A stretch of DNA of 64,000 bases from Amoeboaphelidium occidentale (lineage: Eukaryota): assembly GCA_023515795.1 (NCBI GenBank), contig JALGPX010000063.1, forward strand, positions 1 to 64,000, read 5' to 3'. Under the pieces are notes generated by a model. The model saw only the letters and a program-made list of their open reading frames with translations, made no database searches and was not told the DNA's origin. Each line of letters begins with the position of its first letter. The first letter of the stretch is position 1. Shown here one piece after another: positions 12,014 to 20,708 of the stretch. Position numbers and translations under genes: made by a program.

Positions 12014-13243
12014 CTAATTCTCGTCAAGAGGATTATTGGACCATCGCCAACGTTCGTTGAAGTAATAAGTAACAAAATTAAGAATCCCGCCGGCGGACAC
12101 AGTATACGCAGCAACAATATAAAATGCTCCTGCAACATTTTCTGAATTTGCAACCAAAATAGCCAACATCAGTACAGCAGTAGGAAACCATTGAACAAAG
12201 AAAACAGATATGTGGGAGATTAATTTCTGAGTAGTTCTTCTAGGATTTCCGCCAGAGACACTTGTGCCAGTCACAGACATGTTGGCTTTGATGGGCGAGT
12301 GCGAGGAGAATCGTGAAGTGTTGGATGTCGTGGAGTTCTCCGATAGAACATCACCAACATCGCCAATTCTAGAGAGTATTATTGAAGATTCTCTTTGAAC
12401 CTTTTCCAAATTCCTTTGGGAAGTTCGCCTTGCGACCAGTACACTCACATAAAAGTAAACAATAGATACCAGAACCAGCAAGTACAAAACTATGACCATG
12501 AGTAAGTAAACATATCCAGGAACGTTCACATTTGTAGAACCATTACTAAAATACGTAATAGAAGACTGACACCAATACTTCATCGGACCAAATGCGCCAA
12601 TTGGAATGCCAACCAAGATGGGAACCAAAGCCATGCAAAAGCTCAAAAAGAGATACTTGAAATCATTGCTATTCGTGACTTCCAGCTCTAAACCACACAA
12701 TTTGATCTTTGACACGCCGTAATTCAGAGTCCTATCGTTGCATACCACAAAGTAAACGTACAGGGCCAAGCCAAAGACTAAATAGAATCGCAAGCCACCA
12801 AGAAAGAAGATCGTAGCGCCTACAGCAGTGCAAGACATATCATCCATAAGAATAGACCCTCCATTCACGTAAACGCTTGCGCCACTTCTTGCTGGAGCCT
12901 CAACCATTTCGCTCAAGCCTGCCATGTATGACGCTGTTGATAAGCCATACGCGGAATTAGCAATAACAAATACACAAAAGAGAATGTCTATACACGCAAA
13001 GTAAATAGGAAAACGCAGGTTGATATTCGAAAACAGCTTATGCTTCCACGCTTTATAGAGAACAAGAAGTGAGCAAAGTATCGATAGTGATGCAATAATC
13101 AAAGATCCATAGCTGATTATAAAGAACGCGGCTAATTCTTGTTCAGTAGACACATTGTACGCGGCCACAGGTTCCGATATAACTGGTGGGACTCTTACGG
13201 GAGGTTGCGTCCTTTGGTTCCTATTCCGTTCTCTGTTCGACAT
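12014..13243 (-). CDS. 7TM GPCR-like receptor (Git3/cAMP-receptor-like)
   Basis: About seven hydrophobic helices; LRFPIY in loop 1, Cys before TM3, FGPMKYWC in ECL2, GGILNF in TM7. Confidence 0.7.
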   Translation of the reverse strand: MSNRERNRNQRTQPPVRVPPVISEPVAAYNVSTEQELAAFFIISYGSLIIASLSILCSLLVLYKAWKHKLFSNINLRFPIYFACIDILFCVFVIANSAYGLSTASYMAGLSEMVEAPARSGASVYVNGGSILMDDMSCTAVGATIFFLGGLRFYLVFGLALYVYFVVCNDRTLNYGVSKIKLCGLELEVTNSNDFKYLFLSFCMALVPILVGIPIGAFGPMKYWCQSSITYFSNGSTNVNVPGYVYLLMVIVLYLLVLVSIVYFYVSVLVARRTSQRNLEKVQRESSIILSRIGDVGDVLSENSTTSNTSRFSSHSPIKANMSVTGTSVSGGNPRRTTQKLISHISVFFVQWFPTAVLMLAILVANSENVAGAFYIVAAYTVSAGGILNFVTYYFNERWRWSNNPLDEN

Positions 13244-13304
13244 TTGAAGTCACTATAGAAAAATGCTTTAAGCCCCTTTTTGGCCACACTCGTTATTCTG
13301 TCAA

Positions 13305-13784
13305 ATGTCAACGCAGAACTCGCCATCTGTTCGAAGACCATCATTCTCATCATCGCAGGCTTCTTTAGCATCAACAACGAGTGCCACCAGAAAGCAAAGA
13401 CCATCCTTGGCTCTGTTTAAGAAGCAATCATCTTTTGATTTAATGATTCCTAATATTTCAACCTGTTACATACTTGACCCTGTTACAAGTGACAAAATGA
13501 ACAAGTCCATTATGAGTAGCAGTTACTTTATCAAATGCACGTCGAATGATGCATCCATCGGTCTGTTTAGGATACAAGAACACATACAGAAACGGTCAGT
13601 TTCGGTATCAAATGAACGCGCAAAGTTGGCTATGGTCCAGCCGCAGTTAGAAATAGACAGTGGAAATGTTAAGGATGTTCTGGAGAGCATAAATCAGTGG
13701 AAGGAAACTGTTCCGGAAACACTGCAAGCAACAGTTACAAACTCAAACAAAATTATTAGTCTTCTAAAGGACTTAAAGAAATAG
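13305..13784 (+). CDS. BORCS8: BORC subunit 8 (MEF2BNB)-like
   Basis: NDASIGLFRIQEHIQK resembles the conserved NEPS.GL.R.QEH motif; coiled-coil. Confidence 0.6.
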   Translation: MSTQNSPSVRRPSFSSSQASLASTTSATRKQRPSLALFKKQSSFDLMIPNISTCYILDPVTSDKMNKSIMSSSYFIKCTSNDASIGLFRIQEHIQKRSVSVSNERAKLAMVQPQLEIDSGNVKDVLESINQWKETVPETLQATVTNSNKIISLLKDLKK

Positions 13785-13799
13785 ATTCATTCGAGTTAA

Positions 13800-14987
13800 T
13801 TATTGATCTGGCTTCTTTCTCTTCTTTACCATGCTAGTAAGATCATTAACAACTACATTCGCAGGAGGGTTTGCAGCAGCAGAGACAGTTGGTGTTTCCT
13901 TGGATTTAGTTTGATCTGTTAAGCCTGAGAATGTGAAACTGAACCCGATACCTTCTTCGCCTTCTTGAACTTCCTGTTCCTTATGCCCACCCAAACCTTC
14001 AAATAAAGGTACTTCATTGATTATTCCTTTGTTTGCATTCTTCTTGATCATCTCTTCCAACTCTTTGATCTTGTCATTGACTTCCGGTAATAATGTTTCA
14101 AAGTCTTCCAATTCTTCTTTGATTTGCTTCTCAGTTAACTTCAGACCTGTATTAACTGCAGCGCTAAGTTTACCCTTTCCTTTCAAATCAACTGGAGCTG
14201 CATTCTCATCAGCTTTCAAATTCTTCAACATTTCAAATCTCTGCGATAAACATGAAACAGCAGAACGCATTGAGTCCAAAGCTTCCTGATACTGTACATT
14301 GTTCTCGTAAGCAACACATAGCAAAGTCAAACACTCAGCCAATTCACGAGAGTATGGCTCGACACGTTCCTGTTTCAATCGCAATGCTTCCTTTAAATCT
14401 TCAATTGCTTCGCTAAACTTTTCTTCTTCCATTTCCAGTGTCGCAATCTGAACCAGTGTATCAGCCAACTTACTATGCGCGCCAAACTTCTCAAAGATCA
14501 AACGGGCAGTCTCCAAACATTCCCAAGCTGTTTCAAAGTCTGTTTCCTGCTCAGCTTCCGCGCCTTCCTTAATTTCAACACCTTCAGCGGCAGGTGCATC
14601 ATTAGAAGGTTCAGCATCTTCTTCATCGTTACCAGCCTCTTCTTCAACTTGGTCTTCATTTGCGCCAAACACTTGGTTAGACTCAATTGCATTGAAACAA
14701 AGCGCTTGACCATAAAGAAACCAAATGTCTCCCATTTCCGGATGAAGAGAATCACCGCTGAAATGAGCAGTAGCTTTTTCTGCTAATTGGGACAGCGTTT
14801 CAACAGCATCTTCGTACTTCTTCAACGCCAAATTCTTCTGAGCTCCTTGATATAACTGTAACAGGTCTTCTGGAAGGGAAAGACCTCCAGTAGTTGACTG
14901 GGATGGTTCAGTGGAATCGTTTGTAATTGTCTGAGGGACTTCCTTTTGTTGTTGTTGCTGTTGTTGTTCCTGTAATCCGGTTGTCAT
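13800..14987 (-). CDS. NASP: NASP/Sim3/Hif1 histone chaperone (SHNi-TPR)
   Basis: Acid-interrupted TPR; DFETAWECLETARLIF; C-terminal VNDLTSMVKKRKK. Confidence 0.8.
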   Translation of the reverse strand: MTTGLQEQQQQQQQKEVPQTITNDSTEPSQSTTGGLSLPEDLLQLYQGAQKNLALKKYEDAVETLSQLAEKATAHFSGDSLHPEMGDIWFLYGQALCFNAIESNQVFGANEDQVEEEAGNDEEDAEPSNDAPAAEGVEIKEGAEAEQETDFETAWECLETARLIFEKFGAHSKLADTLVQIATLEMEEEKFSEAIEDLKEALRLKQERVEPYSRELAECLTLLCVAYENNVQYQEALDSMRSAVSCLSQRFEMLKNLKADENAAPVDLKGKGKLSAAVNTGLKLTEKQIKEELEDFETLLPEVNDKIKELEEMIKKNANKGIINEVPLFEGLGGHKEQEVQEGEEGIGFSFTFSGLTDQTKSKETPTVSAAANPPANVVVNDLTSMVKKRKKPDQ

Positions 14988-15067
14988 GAATGTGCAAAAA
15001 AAGCTTCAAGCAAGCGAGCGAGAGTCACAAAAAGACAGTTTATTAGTGCAAGCCCTTCACAAGATCC

Positions 15068-15257
15068 TTATGGGTTCAAGACAGGATTATCAGTAAACTT
15101 AACATCAACATCTACAAAAGAACAATAAGAGTCTTTCAGTAGTGGGTAAGTTACCTGCAACTGGTTTGATCTCAGCTTCGTTATGCAATTTCTGTTTTGC
15201 TGCCATAGAGACACTGATCATTGCCATCATAGTGATTAATACTTTCATCATCATCAT
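15068..15257 (-). CDS. Small secreted peptide 1 (48 aa, 2 exons)
   Basis: MMMMKVLITMMAMISVSMAAKQKLHNEAEIKPVA|DVDVKFTDNPVLNP*; intron 15112-15154; downstream AATAAA. Confidence 0.55.
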
Positions 15258-15305
15258 TGTCGTTGTCTTTGGGTTTCGGTTGTACCTAGAGATAAGATAA
15301 TTCCT

Positions 15306-15710
15306 TTCAATAGTCGGAATGTTACAAAGGATTCCTGATTGACTGTCACAGAACAATGTTCAAACAAGACTGGATTGGCCATCATCAGCCGGTAAGTGGA
15401 AGTTTTGGAAAGTTCCACAAGGAAATGTCAAAACGAAAAGTTCAGTTTATTGAGAAATCAAGTTGATCAAAAGCAAAAGATGCCTTCTATCTGAACTTAA
15501 AGACCTTNTTCAATAGTCGGAATGTTACAAAGGATTCCTGATTGACTGTCACAGAACAATGTTCAAACAAGACTGGATTGGCCATCATCAGCCGGTAAGC
15601 GGAACTTGTGGAAAGTTCCACAAGAAAATGTCAAAACGAAAAGTTCAGTTTATTGAGAAATCAAGTTGATCAAAAGCAAAAGATGCCTTCTATCTGAACT
15701 TAAAGACCTT
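15306..15710. repeat. N-junction duplication (15306-15507 vs 15509-15710), probable assembly/haplotype artefact
   Basis: Near-identical tandem copies separated by a single N. Confidence 0.75.
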
Positions 15711-15936
15711 GTCTTTGCGGCAAATCAAAGAACATTGGGCCGCCACGAGCAGCACCAGCAGCAACATTGGGTCTGGCATGAGCTCCTCTTTGTTGAACAG
15801 GTGCTTCAAAGTCAGTCAAAGTATTGTTTCATAAGTTACGTAGATTTGGATCAGCAACACCAGTGTGTTGTGGTTCATTTGGCTTTGCTGCCATCGCAAC
15901 GGATGCAACACATAGAACAATAGCAAATAATTTCAT
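15700..15936 (-). CDS. Small secreted peptide 2 (66 aa, 2 coding exons)
   Basis: MKLFAIVLCVASVAMAAKPNEPQHTGVADPNL|PPVQQRGAHARPNVAAGAARGGPMFFDLPQRQGL*; intron 15804-15839; probable 5'UTR intron 15937-15984. Confidence 0.6.
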
Positions 15937-16092
15937 CTAATTGAGTTGAATAGATTAGACCTACTGTAACATAAGGAAGCTTACCGTTGAGTTTTAGATT
16001 GGTTCAAATTGGAGGATGAAAGTTTGATGTTTGATCTCGAAGGTTCGGCGCAAAACTAGAGCCGTCACAAAAAGAGTTTCTTTATTCAACGC

Positions 16093-16242
16093 TTAGAATT
16101 TCACACGTGGTTGCTTATAATCAGCAAAACCAGCTCCGTGAGGCTTTACAAACACATCACCACCTTTTCCATGTTCTTTCGCAACAGCAACAGCACAGTA
16201 GGATACGCTAACCAAAGATAATAAAACGATTAATAATTTCAT
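16093..16242 (-). CDS. Small secreted peptide 3 (49 aa)
   Basis: MKLLIVLLSLVSVSYCAVAVAKEHGKGGDVFVKPHGAGFADYKQPRVKF*; AATAAA just downstream. Confidence 0.6.
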   Translation of the reverse strand: MKLLIVLLSLVSVSYCAVAVAKEHGKGGDVFVKPHGAGFADYKQPRVKF

Positions 16243-16341
16243 TGATAATCAACACAGTAATAGTCCAAAAGTATCACTGTGAGAAGGATATAGTAGGATC
16301 ACTGCTGAATGACTTTGATAATTACGATTGGCTCCAATTTC

Positions 16342-16679
16342 TTGCTTTCCTTTAGAACATTCTAATGGTAGCGCAACGATTATGAAGAAAGGGTTATAAC
16401 GCGGACGCTGATACTTTAAAACGTCGGAACCCAGAAAAGATGAAACAATTGTTCATTTTTTCATTTTTACTCTTTGCAGTCATGGAAGAATACGACGAGA
16501 TTGTTACTGNTTGCTTTACTTTAGAACATTCTAATGGTAGCGCAACGATTATGAAGAAAGGGTTGTAACGCGGACGCTGATACTTTCAAACTTCGGAACC
16601 CAGAAAAGATGAAACAATTGTTCATTTTTTCATTTTTACTCTTTGCAGTCATGGAAGAATACGACGAGATTGTTACTGC
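16342..16679. repeat. N-junction duplication (16342-16509 vs 16511-16679), probable artefact
   Basis: Near-identical copies separated by N at 16510. Confidence 0.75.
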
Positions 16680-17532
16680 TATTCCAGTTTTTTATAATGC
16701 AAAGGCAGAATATAATGCGCCTAACCCGAATTCTGCATCAGATACTGTTGCTATGAATGAGGACACACTCGGTGCACCCGCTCCATCAGAAGCTGAAAAG
16801 CAAAGGAACGAACTATTCGTTATTCAATTCCCATATCACGACTTATCATCATCTCCATTCACCCAACACGACCAGCTCACAGTAAAACACAAAATCGCTT
16901 CAAGGACGAGTGAATTGCTGGTGCCTTTGGATGTGAACTCTGTGATTTATGATACGCCAAAAGGTGCATTGTATGGATTGTCCTTGAATGGTGGTTTTAT
17001 TAATGATGGTGACCCAGAAGATGAGAGTGCTGAACCAAGTATGATGAATTCTGTTACCATGGAAGGAAAGCAATGCCTTGCCGGTACATCGCAAAGTGGA
17101 ACGTATTTTATTGCATCGGTTTATCACGGTCAATTACACTTGACGCCTTTGGATGGTGTTATGCGATTTCAGCATTCGTTTTCGCATGTCGACAAGGTTG
17201 ATGCCACAGAAAAGACCATAAATGAACACGATGATGATAGTGAGAATGAAGTCGCGAAGCCAGAAAGCGCTGCACCAAAGGCAAAGCAAGTCGTGCAAAA
17301 GAAGGAACAGCAATCTGTTGAGAATATCACAGGATCATATCAAATGCGTATGGCAGTGAAGAGGAAAGTTGAAGAAGAAGCGTTTGTTAATTATCAAATA
17401 TACAAGCCAAAAACTGAAGAAGATAAGCAAATGTTATTATGTAAAAGCATGGAAGAGTACGTTACCCTTCCTGTTAAGGGCTTAGAGGGTTACTGGGATT
17501 ATGTAGCTCAAAGTGAAATAGTAAATCGCTAA
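16651..17532 (+). CDS. RPC37: RNA polymerase III subunit RPC5/Rpc37 (Sin_N)
   Basis: DEIV..IPVF, LFVIQFP and GQLHLTPLDGVMRF..SFSHVD motifs; start could be 16609. Confidence 0.75.
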   Translation: MEEYDEIVTAIPVFYNAKAEYNAPNPNSASDTVAMNEDTLGAPAPSEAEKQRNELFVIQFPYHDLSSSPFTQHDQLTVKHKIASRTSELLVPLDVNSVIYDTPKGALYGLSLNGGFINDGDPEDESAEPSMMNSVTMEGKQCLAGTSQSGTYFIASVYHGQLHLTPLDGVMRFQHSFSHVDKVDATEKTINEHDDDSENEVAKPESAAPKAKQVVQKKEQQSVENITGSYQMRMAVKRKVEEEAFVNYQIYKPKTEEDKQMLLCKSMEEYVTLPVKGLEGYWDYVAQSEIVNR

Positions 17533-17547
17533 TCAATAGATTTCCAA

Positions 17548-17936
17548 TTATCGTTCAACTTGAAGATTATACAAAAAGGATGTTTGAGTTATAATCTGTT
17601 CCCTTGAGAATCCATTGTATCCTTGTTGAGACTTAATTTTGAGCACGCCATTGATATCACTAAAGACTATTTTTATGGCGCTAAACTTGATGTATTGCTT
17701 CTTGCGATCTAAAAATAGAGGAACCCGATTCATTGAGCATGAACCAAACTACTTTTGTTAGTATCGTTACAAGTAATGAGGATTTGCGATCTTTTGGCTT
17801 CAAGCTCTGATGAATTGAAAAACATTGGCGGTAAGAGTGTAAAGGTAATGCTCCTGTTACAGTCGTTAATCTTTAGATCGTTAATCAACCCCATGATCAA
17901 GATCTTTTCCGTCTTCCTTCCGTAAGAGGTTATCAT
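17548..17936 (-). CDS. Probable spliced hypothetical protein, possibly OB-fold (Stn1/RPA2-like); boundaries uncertain
   Basis: Adjacent minus-strand ORFs with beta-strand-like pattern KILIMGLI...ITFTL...ILITC; upstream exons unresolved. Confidence 0.25.
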
Positions 17937-18538
17937 AATGGAACCGTTACGTCTAGTATGATCTCTTCTGACCCTGTTTCAGAACCAGTTGTTGTTATTG
18001 CTTGTCATTCATTCAGTTATTTGAACAGAGTTTCTCCCAATAATACACGTGATGATGAAAGGTACAAGGCTCGAAAGTGGATGCCAATTCCAATACCACC
18101 AGTCCAGACAAGAAAGAAACGGAACTTGCTAGCTTTTGAAACAAGATCAAAAGGCATTAAAGGATCGAAAGATGTTCAAAGACGTGTTCGCGCAAAAAGC
18201 CAAAGCAGCCCAGATTCACAAAGCTTACAAACCTCTAGGGCAAGAGGAGTAAGAATGAGTTCAAGATCATTCTAAGTATTCTGTTTACCGCAAAACTTAA
18301 ACTTCATTACTAATGGCATATGTTGTCCTCTCTTCTACCATCTAATTTAGCCTGTCAAAGCAATAAATTCACTTCTCAGAAGCCTTTTAAACTCATGCTG
18401 CATAATATGAAACTTGCCAGAGCTATTTCTAGCTGGATGACCTCATCGTGACCGAACCGCCAGGTCCGCGTCCTCTATCGGCCCCTAGATTTTTTCTTAC
18501 CAAAATCGGCCGATATCAATTCATCGAGAGTCACTAAA

Positions 18539-19815
18539 ATGCCTGACGGAGACGGTCCTCCTAAAGACGAAAAGAGCACATTACAAATGCAAGCGGGTCA
18601 GCATCATGGGCAGCAGCAACAGGAAGAAGGTGCGATGAGCTCGAGCATACATGGTCAAGGCGTAAGCAATCGATTTGCTGATCAACAGACATCTGATTAC
18701 TTCACCTACACACCAGTTCCTGTTCTTGCTCATCCTTCTTCGTATATGGTCACTGCGTATAACTCATATACTCCATCCTACTTTACTGCGATTCCAGTGG
18801 CTTCCATGGCGAACTTTCGTCCTTATAGCCAGCAACCTGGAATGATACCTGGTGTGCCTGCAGAATGGAATCACTATCATCCTCCTGGCTTCTACTATAT
18901 GCCTAATGGTTTGGTGTCCACTTCTGCTAGTCCTATACTTGTTATGCCCAATGAGCCCCAGCACCAAGTGCAAGTGCCAACTACAGAGAATTCTGATACT
19001 GATTCGGTTCGTCAATATCACGAAAGATTACATTCATTGTACTCTAATTACAATTTGCTTTCTAAACAGTCTAGCTCTACAAGTGGTTCTGTTCCAAGTA
19101 TGCAATCATCTGGTCCAAATTCTATAAGCAGTTTTGTGAAGGACGAAAGGAATGTTTACTTACAGGGCTTACCGCCTGATACTACTGAAGAAAGCCTAGC
19201 TGGCTTTATACCTGAAGGATTACGGGAGAAGTTGGTCTCCTCCAAGATTATATACAATCAGGATATCAAGTCTCATAGTTTAGGTCAGACAGAATTAGTC
19301 AACAACACTCAATGCAAGGGTTATGCCTTTCTGCTGTTCTCAGATTCTGCTTCTGCTTCGGCATTTATTAATCATATTAATACGGCAAATATACCAACAG
19401 AGTCCAATATGGCGGTAAAACAGAAAATTCACGCAAGCATTGCCAAAGAAAGTTTCAGCTCAAGATTAAGAGAGCTAGGCGCTGGCAAGGAAAGCAACTT
19501 GTATTTTGCGAATATTCCTCCTCATTTCGCAGAGAATGATCTTGTTGAAGTGGTTGAAAAGAAGCTTCAGATTTCTGGTGCAGTCGAGAGCTCCAAGATA
19601 TTGCGGAGTTCTGACGGCAAGAGTAGATGTGTTGGCTTTATTCGTTTCAAGACACCTCAGTATGCAGCCTTGTGCTTGAATGAAATGAACGGTTTTTTGA
19701 TCGAAGGGTAAGAATCTGCTTTTTTCTTTAATGCTTTAGAGCCATGTTACCTTTGCAAGTAAGGTATGCTGATAACAAGCAGCAGAAAGACTTGAAATTG
19801 TCGCGACAGCGGTAA
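18539..19815 (+). CDS. Two-RRM RNA-binding protein (RBMS/MSSP/Spo5-like)
   Basis: NVYLQGLP, CKGYAFLLF, SNLYFANIP, SRCVGFIRF, LQVRYAD; intron 19708-19739; a possible further intron 19812-19883 would extend the CDS to 19923. Confidence 0.75.
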
Positions 19816-19949
19816 TGATACTACAACTAATTTAACTATTGATTTATTGCTGCTCGGGTATTGATAATTTTGCGGCATCGTAGAAAAAGAATGAAAATAA
19901 CTGGCCCTTCGCTACAGGATTAGTTCAAATAAAACCAAATCTTACTTAA

Positions 19950-20071
19950 AAGAGCGTTACACGAATCGCATGATTTCTCGGCTACGCTGGTGGAGACTGT
20001 ACAAGTAAATATGCGAACATACTCACCTGTCTTTAACCACCAATTAAATTTTGCAGTTAGCTGACGAAACA
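19950..20071 (-). ncRNA. Putative Fanzor omega-RNA scaffold, copy A
   Basis: ACAGGUGAGUAUG-UUCG-CAUAUUUACUUGU hairpin closed by UGGUGG/CCACCA; second AGCGU/ACGCU hairpin. Confidence 0.6.
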
Positions 20072-20182
20072 TCATGCACGAGTCTTCCTGGAGAACGCAA
20101 GCGGTCTTTTACCACCATTTGCATTCAANATAACTGGCCCTTCGCTACAGGATTAGTTCAAATAAAACCAAATCTTACTTAG

Positions 20183-20304
20183 AAGAGCGTTACACGAATC
20201 GCGCGATTTCTCGGCTACGCTGGTGGCGACTGTACAAGTAACTATGCAGGCATAATCACCTGTCTTTAACCACCAATTAAATTTTGCAGTTAGCTGACGA
20301 AACA
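20183..20304 (-). ncRNA. Putative Fanzor omega-RNA scaffold, copy B
   Basis: Directly 3' of the Fanzor stop; ACAGGUGAUUAUG-CCUG-CAUAGUUACUUGU hairpin closed by UGGUGG/CCACCA; second hairpin 20186-20221. Confidence 0.6.
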
Positions 20305-20495
20305 TCATGCACGATTCTTCCTGGAGAACGCAAGCGGTCTTTTACCTTCATTTGCATTCAAATCCAAGAAAACGTGTCTGATATTTCGTGCAGCGTTAAT
20401 GTCCCTGTTCCAAACAGTTAAGCAATCTGAATTGCAGACTTTAACGCCCAAAACTTTGTCTGTTTCAACTCATGTAAACAGAAGGAACAGAACTT
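20305..20495 (-). pseudogene. Fanzor/TnpB nuclease C-terminal remnant (Zn finger + RuvC-III)
   Basis: KFCSFCLHELKQTKFW / GVKVCNSDCLTVWNRDINAARNIRHVFLDLNANEGKRPLAFSRKNRA*, with one 1-nt frameshift. Confidence 0.8.
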
Positions 20496-20708
20496 GCAGG
20501 ATTTCTTTGAGCTAGATATACCCCCTTTAAGAAAGCGCATTCGCACTCCAGCTCGCAGCATGTAGACGCTTGAGCTGGAGCTCTGCGCGATAAAAACAAG
20601 ATATAAATTCCAAAGAGACTATTTGGTGAACCCCTGCAACTTGGTATGCTTTAAGTTCTTGTTTGGAACGCTATCTGTTAAGAACTCGCAACTACGTGTC
20701 TATTGCTC

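Larger units (their letters stand above)
19897..20361. repeat. Tandem duplication across N (19897-20128 vs 20130-20361) covering the Fanzor 3' end and flank
   Basis: Offset 233 nt; about 12 substitutions by manual count, none in the first ~50 nt. Confidence 0.8.
19950..20526 (-). mobile_element. Non-autonomous, internally deleted Fanzor (TnpB-like) element
   Basis: Fanzor C-terminal coding remnant followed by structured RNA; TTAA at 19946-19949 and 20527-20530 are candidate boundaries (tentative). Confidence 0.6.

Noticed and set aside
15666..15923. Plus-strand 85-aa Gln-rich ORF
   Set aside because: Antisense shadow of spliced peptide gene 2 on the minus strand
20305..20526. An active, full-length Fanzor nuclease
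   Set aside because: Only ~60 C-terminal codons remain, with a frameshift; RuvC-I/II and the N-terminal lobes are absent
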